A stretch of DNA of 64,000 nt from an uncultured Nitrospiraceae bacterium (GCA_963706325.1 CAVPLT010000001.1:96001-160000); one strand, 5' to 3'. Positions 43,783-55,634 are shown, counted from the first letter of the stretch. A program made the numbers and translations. The notes: generated by a model from the sequence alone, not told the origin.

Positions 43783-44425
43783 CGCAAGGGTACTACTCGT
43801 CGAAGATCATACGTTGGTACGCGCAGGCTTTAGAGTATTGCTGGAGAAAATCCATGGGGTGGTAGTCATCGGGGAAGTGAGCGATGGTCTCACCGCAGTA
43901 AAGTTGTCGAAGGAGCTCGATCCCGATGTGGTGCTGATGGATATTGCCATGCCCGGGATGAATGGACTTGAAGCCACCCGCCGCATCCGGCAGGAATGTG
44001 AACGGACCAAGGTGCTGATGCTGTCCATGTATACGAATGAGGAATACCTCAAAGAAGCGCTTCGCGCGGGAGCATCCGGATATCTGCTGAAAGATGCGGA
44101 TCGACTCGAACTGGAACTCGCCATCCAAACTGTCTGGCGGGGGGGAACCTATCTCACGCCGAGCATGGCGAAATTTACCGTCGATGCCTATTGCCGAAAA
44201 GGCGAGGCCCGGACCGGTCCCCTGGCACGCCTGACAGGGCGGCAACGTGAAATTCTTCAACTGATTGCCGAAGGATGCTCGACAAAACAGATCGCGCAGC
44301 GCCTTGATCTAAGCGTAAAAACAATTGAAACCCATCGGGCGCAGTTGATGGAACGCCTCGAGATCCACGACGTTCCTGGTCTTGTCCGCCTGGCCATCCG
44401 CACCGGTCTCGTTCAGCCCAATTAG
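43775..44425 (+). CDS. NarL/LuxR family response regulator
   Basis: VEDH, LMDIAMP, GYLLK, LTGRQREIL, SVKTIETHR; overlaps the end of the kinase. Confidence 0.95.
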   Translation: MNDARVLLVEDHTLVRAGFRVLLEKIHGVVVIGEVSDGLTAVKLSKELDPDVVLMDIAMPGMNGLEATRRIRQECERTKVLMLSMYTNEEYLKEALRAGASGYLLKDADRLELELAIQTVWRGGTYLTPSMAKFTVDAYCRKGEARTGPLARLTGRQREILQLIAEGCSTKQIAQRLDLSVKTIETHRAQLMERLEIHDVPGLVRLAIRTGLVQPN

Positions 44426-44621
44426 TCATCTGGACCGGCAGCCCCCTCTTTAGTCCTCAGGTGTTATTGGGACGTTTCCCAGGATTTCCCCGATTCTCTT
44501 TCTTTTCCCTTCTGTCATGCTCGCCGAACCGAGACGAAGCCGGCACGGGTGGCACGGCATTGAAGGCCATCTTCGGATACCCGCCAGAAAAGAGGTCGTG
44601 TACTTCAAGGGAGCCCACGAC

Positions 44622-44774
44622 ATGAAGACGATACACGGCCCCTCCTACCAGAGAGACTTCAGCAGGCTGGAGTTGAAAAACAGCCAATTTAAGAAGGTGG
44701 CCTTAGTAATGGCGGTTTTTTTGACAACTGTGTTGGTCATCCTGATTCTCGAGCTATTTGGGATGAAACATTAA
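44622..44774 (+). CDS. Small single-TM hypothetical protein
   Basis: AGGGAG RBS, 50 aa with a C-terminal hydrophobic helix. Confidence 0.4.
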   Translation: MKTIHGPSYQRDFSRLELKNSQFKKVALVMAVFLTTVLVILILELFGMKH

Positions 44775-44915
44775 TCGTTCTGACTGCGCCCTCATGGCCA
44801 CCAAAGAGTAAAAAGAACGGGCGACACGAGCCATGCCTTTCTCTTCTTATCTTCCCAACTTGCTCTCACAGAGGCATATGACCATTTGTACCCACGCTTG
44901 CGCACGGTGCTCTGA

Positions 44916-45995
44916 GTGATGACGCATCGAAGGCTCCTCCTTGTTGTTTCAAGCGTCGGTGTCCTAATGCTCCTTGTTGCGTGCCTGGCGATAGGGGAAA
45001 TCGCCATTCGTGTCGTGCATTTAATGCGGGACGGCATCCCATTCGCAGAAGCACCGTCTGGACGGATCGGTCCTATCGTCCTCGACCCGCATCTGGGCTG
45101 GCGGGCCACAGACTGGTATGCGCAAGACCTCGCCGAGCAGACGTCGAAGGGCGTGGTCTATGCCGTGCACCGATCGCAAGGCTGGCATGGCTTCCGACAG
45201 TACGGGAATGTGGGCTCCCGCAGACCTAAGCTTCTTGTCATTGGAGACTCCTTTACGCAGGCCACCGCTGTCTCCGATGACCACACCTACCATGCCCTGC
45301 TGAAACGCGACCTCGGCATGGAAGTCTTTGCCTATGGGGCGGGCGGCTACGGCACCTTGCAGGAATATTTAATTCTAGATGAGGTGTTCGATGCCCTCCA
45401 GCCTAGCGTGCTTCTCTGGCAATTCTGTACCAATGATTTCATCAATAACGATCATGCATTAGAAGTGGCAAGTACCATCAATAATAACGGCTGGATTCGG
45501 CCGTACTGGGAGCACGGGCAGATCGCCCTCCGGTCTCCCAAACCGTCCGGTGTGCAGACGCGAGAATGGATCAGTCGTCATAGCCGGTTTTTGTACTTCC
45601 TGGTAAGTCGCCTCGATCGCCTACGAGCACGCGCGATACGAGAAACCGTAGAACGGACGATCGAACGCGAGGGCTTCGCGCATCCAGGGTTTGCCCGATC
45701 CGTCCAGACGACCGATGAACTGATGGGACAAGTTCGGGCACGAGTAGGGACAATCCCGATCCACGCGTTCAGTTGTGAAAAGGAAGAACCGTACAACAGT
45801 GCCTTTGCACGCATTGCCCAGCATTACAATATCCACTACTGGGCAGAGGTCTCTGATGCCATCCGCGAAGCGCTCGCAGCCGGAGAGGACGTCCTCGCCG
45901 ACGATGGCCATTGGAATGAGCGTGGACATGCCATCGTGGCCGAACGTCTGGCCCCACATTTGAGAATGGTCCCGCCAGTGGTGGCCTTGCAGTAA
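44916..45995 (+). CDS. SGNH/GDSL hydrolase family protein
   Basis: N-terminal TM, GDSFT, GGYG, ND, DGHWN. Confidence 0.85.
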   Translation: MMTHRRLLLVVSSVGVLMLLVACLAIGEIAIRVVHLMRDGIPFAEAPSGRIGPIVLDPHLGWRATDWYAQDLAEQTSKGVVYAVHRSQGWHGFRQYGNVGSRRPKLLVIGDSFTQATAVSDDHTYHALLKRDLGMEVFAYGAGGYGTLQEYLILDEVFDALQPSVLLWQFCTNDFINNDHALEVASTINNNGWIRPYWEHGQIALRSPKPSGVQTREWISRHSRFLYFLVSRLDRLRARAIRETVERTIEREGFAHPGFARSVQTTDELMGQVRARVGTIPIHAFSCEKEEPYNSAFARIAQHYNIHYWAEVSDAIREALAAGEDVLADDGHWNERGHAIVAERLAPHLRMVPPVVALQ

Positions 45996-46065
45996 TGACA
46001 GGAATCGCCTTCGATGACACTTTGAAGGGTGGCAGGGCCGGCTGATCACAGGGCTCCGGTGAAAT

Positions 46066-46251
46066 ATGCCGCTAACAACCAGCACATCGAAGCGACCAAC
46101 ATCCTTATTAGAGTGCCCCAATTGTGCCCGCACGCTGTATCGTTCTCGACGGACAGGGTTGAAGGATTTCTTGGCGAAGACATTTGGACGGTATCCCTAT
46201 CGCTGCCAGGCTTGCAAAAATCGCGTGTACTTGGCGCAACGAAAACATTAG
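46066..46251 (+). CDS. Small zinc-ribbon protein
   Basis: CPNC...YRCQAC in a basic 61-aa ORF. Confidence 0.45.
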   Translation: MPLTTSTSKRPTSLLECPNCARTLYRSRRTGLKDFLAKTFGRYPYRCQACKNRVYLAQRKH

Positions 46252-47364
46252 TCCAACTTCGTATAGATGATTCTCCGTGGGCTGAACAACAACAGGGTCG
46301 CACGCTGAGTCAGGATGTGTTCCCTGCGCGGTATCCAGCGGACGAAATGCCTGAGCACCAACTACTCTCACTCAGGCCTGCTGATGCCTTGCCAGTGGGA
46401 GGCGTGCACGCAGCGTTATACGACCAAGGCACGATTCCACAGGTCGCAACCAACGTTCCCGATTTTGTGGACTAACCGTGAGAGCTGTTCTCAGCCGACT
46501 CAATGACGGGTTTACAGGTCTCATCCGACTGATTCACGACGATCTTTCTTTGGACATCGGCGACTGGTCGATGCCTGGGATTCGCGCTATGGCAGGTACA
46601 TCGCTTTGGCAACGGGGGTCTCAAACAAGCGGGGAGGTGCGGCGCGAGCGGCAGTCTTCAAATGAATCGGCGGGACTCACGACCTTGCGAACACCCCAGC
46701 GGAGTGGTTCAGGATCAGGATACAGGTCAATGCGAGCAGCCGGGGGGACACCGAGGGGTGTTTTCATAGGTCCTATCGGACGATGAGGGCCATAGTTCCA
46801 CTCACGCTGTCCAAACCGGAGAGAGGCGTGGACAGTATACCCGTCCAATACTTCTATGCTTCGGTTCTGCCTTCCAAAGTGAACACCCAATTCTATCCAT
46901 CTACCAAAACGTACCCACATGCAGTGATCCCTCTTATTTGATGCAAACCGTTGTCCATGATGGGGACAGTGTAATCCTATTTCCCTGCCTTGCATATGGT
47001 GACGCACTCCCGGTTCGAGGCTGAGCGTTCACCGACATGTGCTCTTCCTGTGATCCGTCTCACTGGCTTGCAGCAGTCCTGTATCGGTTTCGATACTGAT
47101 TCTCCAATAATATACAGTCCTCCGTCTGCCGTGACGCCGAAATCTCTGATATTCATAGCTCACGGCCTCAAAACACGACGTCACCATGGCGGGCTGGGTG
47201 GTACGCTCGTTGCTTATGTAGAGCATAGACATAAATTTATACACAAAGAAGCGGCCAACCTGAATATGCTCCCAATCCTCATCGTGATCTTGTCTTCGGG
47301 ACAGATGGTGATTCATAAAACTTTATTGCCGGGGTGAACACGAGCAGGAGCACTGAGAAGCGCC

Positions 47365-47568
47365 ATGGCCGGGCAGTCGGATGATCTCCCAAAGGAGGTT
47401 AAAAGTATGTCTACCGAAGAGGAACGCGTCTACGACCCGCTGTTAGGCAAGATTATTACTCGTCTCAAAAAGACTGCCCAACAGATACAGCAGGAGTGCG
47501 AGGAGAAGGATCGTTGCATCAAACAGGCTGAGGAAATCCTTCGCCAGGCGAGCACGGCTCACCCGTAA
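47365..47568 (+). CDS. Small coiled-coil hypothetical protein
   Basis: AGGAG/GGAGG RBS; helical charged composition. Confidence 0.4.
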   Translation: MAGQSDDLPKEVKSMSTEEERVYDPLLGKIITRLKKTAQQIQQECEEKDRCIKQAEEILRQASTAHP

Positions 47569-47691
47569 AGAACAGGACAAGTACAAGCCAAGACTTCTTG
47601 TAAATGCCTGTCACAAGGTACATCCGCGTTCCACACGAAGTAACCTTTTGTCTCGTAGGCCGATCCGCGGCTGGAACCCTGATGGGCTGCA

Positions 47692-49062
47692 TTACGCGAC
47701 CTTCGCAGGAAGATCAGGGAGGCCTGCCGGGTCTCGCGCGATGATCATCTCGCCCTGTGCCTCGGAGGATGCCGGATCAAGGACATGCCGGTGGCGTCGT
47801 TGACGGCCGAAGCAGGGGGCACGTCTGATCAATTCAGTCCCCCCAACGACTGCGAGGGCGCCTAGCCAGGTGTAGACGGTCACGGCCTCGCTCAGCCACA
47901 GATAGGCCAAGCCAATTGTGCAAATCGGAATGAGATTGTGGTACGCACCGACGACCCCAGGCGAGAGCGATTGCAGCGCCCGAGAGCGCAACAAGAAGAC
48001 GCCGGCCGTGGCCGTACCGATGAAGAACAGCAATCCGAACACCACGGCAGAGAGGTCAGTAAGCGGTGTCGTGCCTCGGGCGGCCTCCCCCGACAGGATG
48101 ACCACCGACACCGTGCCGAACATCGTCGTATTCGCGGTCCACACCCCCACTCGCTTAATGGTGTTCGGGCTCAAGACGAGATAGCAGGACATCATCAGGG
48201 TAAACAGCAAGATGAGTACATCTCCGACTCCCCACCCCAATCCAGGCGCCGATGGACCGGCCAGCACGGCCAGCAGGCAGCCGGCCCACGACACGAAAAG
48301 ACCACTCACCGTGGAGACACTGGCGTGGTCCTTTCTGCGTGCAATGCTGATAAGCGTCGTAAACGTGGGCAATAGGCTATAAATGATCGCAAAGTGCGTA
48401 ACGCTCGTATACACCAGCCCCCAGGCTCCGATCGGATAGGCGCCGACTCCCAGCAGCCCCAAGAGGGTGAGTTTTCCTAGCTCGCGTGGGGTAAGAGATC
48501 GAAGCCCCTGGAAATCAAACCATATTGTGATTCCTGCCAGAAACAGGAATCCTATAGCGACCCGGCTGGCCGCCAGCTCCATAAAATCAATAGCGCTATG
48601 CTGGAGCGTGTATTTGATCGCCGGCGTAATGGCACTCACGAGCACGATCACTCCGAAGAGGCAGAGGAGCGGGACTAGTTGGCCAGGATGAGCCCCGATC
48701 CGAGGTTTGGTGTGTTCGGACTCGTGGGACACTACCACCGTACCGTTGATATTGACGGTGATCACGTCCTCAATGAAACGCGAGAGTCTCACCCGGTGTT
48801 CCGGCGACATCTTGACGATCTGTGCCCCAAAGGCCGACCGGTGAAGATGCGTCACGGCCACCCGGCATTGGATGTCTTCATGGGCGTCCAATGCGCACGT
48901 CAGGTGGACGACCTCGCCCACCTTGACGGCTACGACGTCTGTCTGAAGCCGGAATCCCTCTTCGGTAAAATCCGAAACGCAGCATTCACGCGTCTGTCCA
49001 TGACGGGTAAGCAAGCCGGTGCGCTCAATGGCGATCCGAGACTGATGACGCGGTGAGTGCAT
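47692..49062 (-). CDS. PilZ domain fused to an EamA/DMT family transporter
   Basis: N-terminal RHQSR and DFTEEG motifs with a beta-rich domain, followed in frame by about 10 TMs in two EamA repeats. Confidence 0.8.
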   Translation of the reverse strand: MHSPRHQSRIAIERTGLLTRHGQTRECCVSDFTEEGFRLQTDVVAVKVGEVVHLTCALDAHEDIQCRVAVTHLHRSAFGAQIVKMSPEHRVRLSRFIEDVITVNINGTVVVSHESEHTKPRIGAHPGQLVPLLCLFGVIVLVSAITPAIKYTLQHSAIDFMELAASRVAIGFLFLAGITIWFDFQGLRSLTPRELGKLTLLGLLGVGAYPIGAWGLVYTSVTHFAIIYSLLPTFTTLISIARRKDHASVSTVSGLFVSWAGCLLAVLAGPSAPGLGWGVGDVLILLFTLMMSCYLVLSPNTIKRVGVWTANTTMFGTVSVVILSGEAARGTTPLTDLSAVVFGLLFFIGTATAGVFLLRSRALQSLSPGVVGAYHNLIPICTIGLAYLWLSEAVTVYTWLGALAVVGGTELIRRAPCFGRQRRHRHVLDPASSEAQGEMIIARDPAGLPDLPAKVA

Positions 49063-49439
49063 CGTGTGGTTCCTCAATGGAGATGGACCAACAAGGCATC
49101 GGCGTGGCCGATGTCGACTGTATGAGCCCGGCTGTGGGGAAGAGGGATACGAAGCGGGGAAATTCCGCCCTGACGCCCGTCCGTCCGCAGTGGCGGTTTG
49201 CGTTACTCGATCAACACTATCACGAGCGGAATAGGCGTCAAGAAGCCTTCACATTTGAACAGCCTATGCGTCCTGAGATGGGCCCAGGCCTTGAGCAATC
49301 GCATCCTGGCCGTTACAAACGTACCAATGATGCGGGAGGAGGCCGTGAGATGACACTCGAGTGTGACCGAGGGGATGGATCAATGGGTGTCCCCTGGGAT
49401 TGATAGAGGCTGCTGCTCGTCTCAGCCCATACCGAACTA

Positions 49440-49700
49440 CTGAATGCCTGTGAGGTTAGTGCCTCCCGCTCCACGTATACTCGAGCAGTTGGCAACAATC
49501 CTGTGTGGGCTACAAGCCCACTCATATCGCCGGTTGCCCACAGACCGGTGGAGCCGCCATTCAGCACCTGGTGCAACGCCTGCTCAAGCATGTCCGCCGT
49601 TTGATCAATATCAGAACGTCCGGCGAGGAGATGGTCAGTGCTGGACGAAACCAAGGGACTGCCATTGACAATGGCTTAAGTGATCGGTGCCTCCTTTTCT
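49440..49700 (-). pseudogene. MEDS-domain remnant
   Basis: MLEQAL..GLWATGDMS resembles a MEDS domain motif; fragmentary. Confidence 0.4.
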
Positions 49701-49981
49701 CATGTCCGCAGCGTAGAGCAGCCTCACGCCTCTGCGAGGACAGCGCAAGTCCTAAATCGCCCTCTCTTGAAGTACCTCATACGGTGATTGTAACTCTTGG
49801 TTCGTGGCGCCCTGATGCCTTAAATCCTCCTCTTGGTGATGCAAAAAGAGGAGAACCCACCACACTGTATATCGCTGGATTGCTAGTCTAGCCAACCTGT
49901 CAGATGACCTGTCTTGTTTTGAACAGACAACCATGGGGAAAGCGCTCAAGATGCAATGGAGAAAGACAGACGGGGTTACTC

Positions 49982-50440
49982 ATGTATATGGGGACTGTCC
50001 AGCGCCCACTCCCGCTTTCTATCCTGCTCGTGGACGATTCTGCGTTATTCCGCATCACGCTGAAAACAATTTTGGAGAGGTATCGCGACTTCGCGGTCGT
50101 CGGGGAAGCGAGCGATGGAAACGCCGCCCTTGAGTTGGCGCTATCGCTCACCCCCCAGGTCGTGATTATTGAGGTCCACATGCCACGTCTTGGAGGGGTC
50201 GAGGCGACTCGACGCTTGAAGCGAATGTTACCTGATCTATACGTAATCGGCCTTTCCTCCTGCGACGACGCAGACACCCAGACAGCCATGAAGACGGCCG
50301 GATCATCCGCCTTCCTATCCAAAGGAAAGACCCACCAACTGCCCCAACTGATTGCCTTGCTCACAGGCAGATTGGTGCCAGTGAAGATTTCGCCGGAAGC
50401 CATAAGAATGGAGACGTACCATGAACCAAAAACTGGATAG
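49982..50440 (+). CDS. Stand-alone response regulator receiver (Glu at phosphoacceptor position)
   Basis: LLVDD, VGEASDG, VVIIEVHMP, AFLSK. Confidence 0.8.
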   Translation: MYMGTVQRPLPLSILLVDDSALFRITLKTILERYRDFAVVGEASDGNAALELALSLTPQVVIIEVHMPRLGGVEATRRLKRMLPDLYVIGLSSCDDADTQTAMKTAGSSAFLSKGKTHQLPQLIALLTGRLVPVKISPEAIRMETYHEPKTG

Positions 50441-50655
50441 CGTGGCAACCAACGAACCGGCGACGGCCATCACAACATTCTCAATGGGTCATTAGTAGTA
50501 CTGAGGAATGACGGTGGCTTAACCTCTCTGCCACGTAGGGCACGGGTTACGATGATGTGGGCTCCATCGATACGTTTTAGGACATGGCGTGATGACCTGG
50601 TCTCGGCTGGAAGTGCATTTGGTGGCGCTGAATCATGTGACAAGGGAAAAGCAAT

Positions 50656-51024
50656 ATGACTATCACAGAGCGTGCCCAAAGGGCCCGAGAAGAGTATAAC
50701 GAACGACTTCGGACGCGCGTGGTACAACTCTGCTACGCGGAATTACCCTGCCTGGTGAGCCAGCGTGACCATGATGAGATTCTGACGGAAGTCATCGAAG
50801 GCGCTTTGCTTGAGTTGCTGACAGCCTGGCAGCGAGTAGCCCTGCACTCTGGTCTCTCTGAAGGGCAAGCTGCGGCCGAACTTATTGAACGGGAAATCGG
50901 CAGAAGGACGGAAGAAACATTGCCCTCCCATGACGCCAACTTTCCGCGGACTCGGGCCTTAGAGAAGCGCGTCACCACTGCCCGGACTGACCGCCTGGCT
51001 CACAGGCAGATCAGGGTCAAGTAA
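50656..51024 (+). CDS. Hypothetical protein
   Basis: ATG after AGGGA; helical protein-like ORF. Confidence 0.45.
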   Translation: MTITERAQRAREEYNERLRTRVVQLCYAELPCLVSQRDHDEILTEVIEGALLELLTAWQRVALHSGLSEGQAAAELIEREIGRRTEETLPSHDANFPRTRALEKRVTTARTDRLAHRQIRVK

Positions 51025-51143
51025 AGATGTCGCCTAACGCCAGATTCGCACTCCGATACGACCTCCCTGAACGTCCTATTGTCCGGGCTACTCATTTTTC
51101 CCGGTCCGTGATAACATCCCCCTAGTTACTCATGGGTCACGCC

Positions 51144-51797
51144 ATGGCACGAAGAGTACCGAAGCCGTTCAATACTCAAGCATTTCTGACCAACCCCGGA
51201 CCCGGCAAGAAGCTCATCACCCATCTCCCAAAGCAGAAAGTGTTTTCGCAAGGAGACCGAGCCGATGCCGTCTACTATCTTCAAGAAGGCACGGTCAAAC
51301 TGTCTGTCTTGTCGCCCCAAGGCAAGGAAGCCGTGGTGGCGGTCCTGAAGAAGGAAAACTTCTTCGGCGAGCAATGCTTGTCCGGGCAGCCATTGCGGAC
51401 TATGAGCGCCACGGTCATTGAACATGCGGCGGTTTTACGCATCACTCAGGAGACAATGATCCAAGTCTTGCAGCGTGAACCGAGCTTTTCTGAGTTATTT
51501 CTGAGATATGTTCTCTCGCACAGCATGCGGATCGAAGAAGATTTGGTAGATCACTTGTTTAATTCCAGTGAGAAACGACTCGCACGGGTGCTCCTTTTAC
51601 TTGCCAACTTTGGGAAGAAAAGCAAACCCCAGCCAACGATCCCCCATGTGAATCAAGAGATGCTGGCGGAGATGATTGGGACCACACGGCCGCGCGTGAA
51701 CTACTTTATGAACAAGTTCAGGAAGTTAGGTTTCGTCGAGTATAACGGAACCCTGCGCGTGCACAGTTCGCTCTTGAATGTCGTGCTCCATGATTGA
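51144..51797 (+). CDS. Crp/Fnr family transcriptional regulator
   Basis: cNMP-like domain (FSQGD, FFGE), EKRLAR, HTH LAEMIGTTRPRV. Confidence 0.92.
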   Translation: MARRVPKPFNTQAFLTNPGPGKKLITHLPKQKVFSQGDRADAVYYLQEGTVKLSVLSPQGKEAVVAVLKKENFFGEQCLSGQPLRTMSATVIEHAAVLRITQETMIQVLQREPSFSELFLRYVLSHSMRIEEDLVDHLFNSSEKRLARVLLLLANFGKKSKPQPTIPHVNQEMLAEMIGTTRPRVNYFMNKFRKLGFVEYNGTLRVHSSLLNVVLHD

Positions 51798-52154
51798 TGT
51801 GTAGGTGGTTGTGGTGTCTCTGCCTTTTTTCTCCCCCTCTCCGGGGAGAGCGCCTTGTGTAGCCTAGTCACGGACTGTCGCGGTTGGACCTGCCCGGACA
51901 CCAAGCGCCCCCTCTCGTCCGTGTGGGCGTGAGAGTTAGTTTACAGCCCCAAAAAGTGTTCAAGACTTCTGCGCGTGCACATCCGTACCGACCCCGCAGA
52001 CTACCTGACTTGTGGTACTAATCACCCTCACAGCCGCCCAGTATCCCTGCTTAGCAGTACGGTGGCTCCTACCGCTACCTCCTTGATGGGAAAGTAGGTG
52101 CCATATTTAGGCGTTTTGAGCACATGCTGCTCCTGACGGAAAATCCGCTAGATG

Positions 52155-53275
52155 TTACAAATCAACCAAACCAGGTGGGGGCGCACAGGGAATCTCAAGC
52201 GTGAACCGCGTGCCCATCCGTTCCGTACTTGTCACACGAATTTTGCCGTGATGGGCATCTACCACGCCCTTCACCAAGGTGAGCCCCAGGCCCCATCCTG
52301 GTGGCGTGCTGGTGTCGTTCGAGGTGCCACGTCGGAATTTTTGAAACAGGGTCGGAATTTCTTCTTCGGGAATGACCGGCCCTTCATTCTGCACGGTTAT
52401 TTCGATGGCCTTCATCCCAGATTCCCAACTGACCGTAATCGGCGTTCCGGCCGCGCCAACTTCGCGGCATTGGTCACAAGATTCTCCACCGCGCGCCGTA
52501 AGCCATCGGCCCCCCAGTTCCCCTTCAGTGCCCCCTCCGAGACGGAGACGACTTGCGGGCCGTAGACCATCCGCATCTCATCGACGGCTTCGCGAAGAAC
52601 CACGTCGAGGTCGCAATTGGTGAATTGGAGGCAGAGTCGTTCGCCCGCGCGAATCCTGCTCCCGTCCAGCAGATTTTCAATCATCGAGGTGAGGCGGTTC
52701 AAACTGATCAGGATATTCTTCTGCGCGGCAATCGCAGGCCCCGCGAGATCGCCCCGTTTCAAGGTGACCTGGGCATTCATTCTCGCCACCGCGACCGGCG
52801 TCCGCAGATCATGGGTCAGCGTGTCAAAGAACTTCTGCTGAATGTCCGCGTGCACCTCGGTGAACTCGACGACCGCATCATTCACGGCTTGCTCAATGGA
52901 ATCGAGGACAATATCCCGTTCGAGCTTCGGCAACAGCCCCTCGGTTTCGAGCACCTCAAAGAGCACCTCCCTCAGAATGTGATACTCGAAGATCACCTCC
53001 CGCAACTGATAACTCCGATTGCTCGCGCGGTCCGCCCCGTGCAGTTTCCCGATGCGTAAGGATTCGCGTACGTGGGACGCCACGGCGGCGACATCCATCT
53101 TGCGGTGCGTCAGGAGCGCCTCGCAGAGATGATCAAGAAACAGCGGCAGTGAGTTTCGGAGCGCGAGCGTGCCGGCTGATGCCGCGGACGCGACCTACTT
53201 CAGGCATCGGTCCTCCCACGACTTCAATATTTGCTCTTTCCGATCTTGGAGACATCGCACGTGCACATCAGACAT
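52155..53275 (-). pseudogene. Cytoplasmic sensor histidine kinase pseudogene (paralog of 56975-58093)
   Basis: In-frame TAG at 53195-53197 and frameshift near 52455; THDLRTP H-box, GWGLGL. Confidence 0.85.
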
Positions 53276-53358
53276 AGAGGAAACCTTTCCAAAAGTGAGG
53301 CCACCTCGGCCATTCTAGCAAACAGGCACACCGGAGCGTTGACCCTGCAAACATCGCA

Positions 53359-55072
53359 TTACGGTCGCGAGGGCACAGCGTCCAGGTTCAGTTCCGCATG
53401 GATCGCCTGATAGAGTTCGTTCACGGCGGCTTCTTTCGTCAGCAAGCACGCGGCGCCGGCTTTTTTCATGGCGTCTTGGTTTTCCGAGTCGGCATTGACC
53501 GAGAGTCCAATGACCACAATATGGGGAAACTGTTCTTTGATGCGTGCGGTGGCCTGGATCCCGTTCAGTCGGGGCATATTGATGTCCATGATGACAATGG
53601 CCGGCTGCACTGCTGGAAGAGGGCCAGCCCGGCTTCGCCATCGGCAGCTTCGCCCAGCAGCGCAATGTCCGCATAGTTCGCCAGGACCGCCCGGAGACCC
53701 TCCCGAATCATGCCGTGGTCATCGACGAGGTTCACCCCGATGGGGCCTCCCGGTGGAAGGCGCTCGGCACTGCACGTCGGTTCGTGCCGAGCTCGCGGCC
53801 GCGCGTGGGGCTCGGGGAGGCCATGACTGTAGGGGAACCTGAGCACACTCGTCGTCCCTCGTCCCGGGGCCGTGTCAATATCGAGGGAGCCTCCGAGGGC
53901 CTTCATGCGCTCTCGAATGCTAAATAATCCAAATTTGGACGCCCCCTCGACCGATGGCTCCGTGGCATCGACCCCCTCAAACCCCGCACCTTCATCACGG
54001 ACGGTGACACACAGAAAGCCCTGTGCAGACGTGACGGTAAGCCACGCGTGTGCACTCCGAGCATGCTTAGCGGTGTTAATCAACAATTCACGAACCGACT
54101 CAAAGAGAAGCAGGGCCTGGTCTTGGGGCAGGGGGACGGTGTCTGATTCCGATTCCATCGACACGGTGAGGTTGTGACGCTGCATCCATTCAGCGAGCCA
54201 TCGGAGCCCTGCGACAAACCCATGTTCGCGCAGCACCGACGGGCTCAGGTCCGCCACCAGGCACCGCGTGTAGGCCAGCGACTCCGTTAACACGTCATCC
54301 ATTTGTTGCAGGAGGGCCGTCAAGGGCGGAATGGTGGTCACCAACTCTTTGCCCTGGTCGAGCTTGAGTTTTCCCAACACGAGTAACTGCTGAAGGTGAT
54401 CGTGAAGTTCCATGGCCAGCCGTGTGCGTTCTCGCTGGTCGGCTAAATTCAGGTCGGTGGCGAGTTGGCGCAGTCGTGTTTGCGACTGCACTAAGGCCTC
54501 GGTCGTTCAGCCACGAGGTGTTCGAGCCGACCCGACAAATTCTCTAGTCGATGCTGGGTTGCGCGCAGGGCCTCGGCGGCTCGGGCACATTCAATGGCGA
54601 GGGCCGCCGTCCGTGCGAGCATTCCTATGGTTTGCCGCTCCCGCATGCTCGGCCCTCGGCACTCCCGAAAATACGTTCCGAAGGTTCCCAGCACCTCCCC
54701 ACGACTCCCGAAGAGCGGCTGACTCCAAGCCGCCTTGAATCCCAGTTCCAAGGGGAGGTGCTTCAAACCCGACCACGCGGGGTCCCGATCAATGTCCGTG
54801 GTCACGACGACTTCACCGGTCGCCGCCGCCGAGCAGCAGGTACCGACATGGACGGCGGCTTGTAACCCATCGATGGCGTGAAGGTATGCCTCGGGCAGGC
54901 TTGGCGACGTCCCGTTGTGAAGCGTGCCGTCGTCATGGAGCAGTAAAATGGACGCAACGGCCTGGTGGAAGGACCGACGTTCTACGGTCCGCGCCAAATG
55001 GTCCAACACCGCACGCAGCGGCGCCCCACTGACGATCATTTCGAGTGCGCGGTTTTGGGATCGGATCAACAT
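53359..55072 (-). pseudogene. GAF - HisKA_3 kinase - receiver hybrid, frameshifted
   Basis: GAF (AWSQPL..GEVLGTF), ELHDHLQQ, INTAKHA, FGLFSIRER, receiver MDINMP; frameshifts near 54500 and 53610. Confidence 0.82.
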
Positions 55073-55634
55073 GGTGGCCCTTCAAACAGAGGAATCAGTA
55101 AAACATCAAAAACAGCATAGTCGAGGAATGCTTGAAGAGAGACTAGCGAAAGCCCCAGCCTTCATCAACCTCAGAAATCCTCTCCCGCCTTCAAATGTCG
55201 TCTCCACCTCGCTTAGGGGCTGGAGCAGCGCTTTGCAGGCCGTTTGCACGACACGTGGGGGACGTCTTGAACAAGCTCAATGACCTTTAAGCACCCTCGC
55301 AGCGTCCGTCTCACCAACGCACATGGTCGTCCACTCCTAAGAGTCAATCTCAGATGCAGGTTCTACACGTTAGTCCCGAGAGGAGTGACTCTTATCCTTG
55401 CGCCTCCTGATGAGGATGGCAAAGGTACATTTCCAAGTTGCCCCAAGGCTTCCCCCTAGTAGTCATCGCCGGAAAACCGGCTATCCTAGCGCTATGGCCG
55501 ATGTGGGGATGAAGCGCACCATGGGTATAGGTAACGAATTTGGGTGAGTCATCTCAGGGAGTCGCGCGTGAGGAGACCATCCGGCGCTGCGCCACCGCTT
55601 CACGGACAGCAGAACAAGGAAAAAAGGAGAGCCT

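Noticed and set aside
46621..47337. Several 95-128 aa ORFs on both strands
   Set aside because: No recognisable motifs; cannot choose a real frame
51824..51850. Hairpin CTCCCC/GGGGAG after the Crp gene
   Set aside because: The T-run precedes rather than follows the stem, so it is not a canonical intrinsic terminator on either strand
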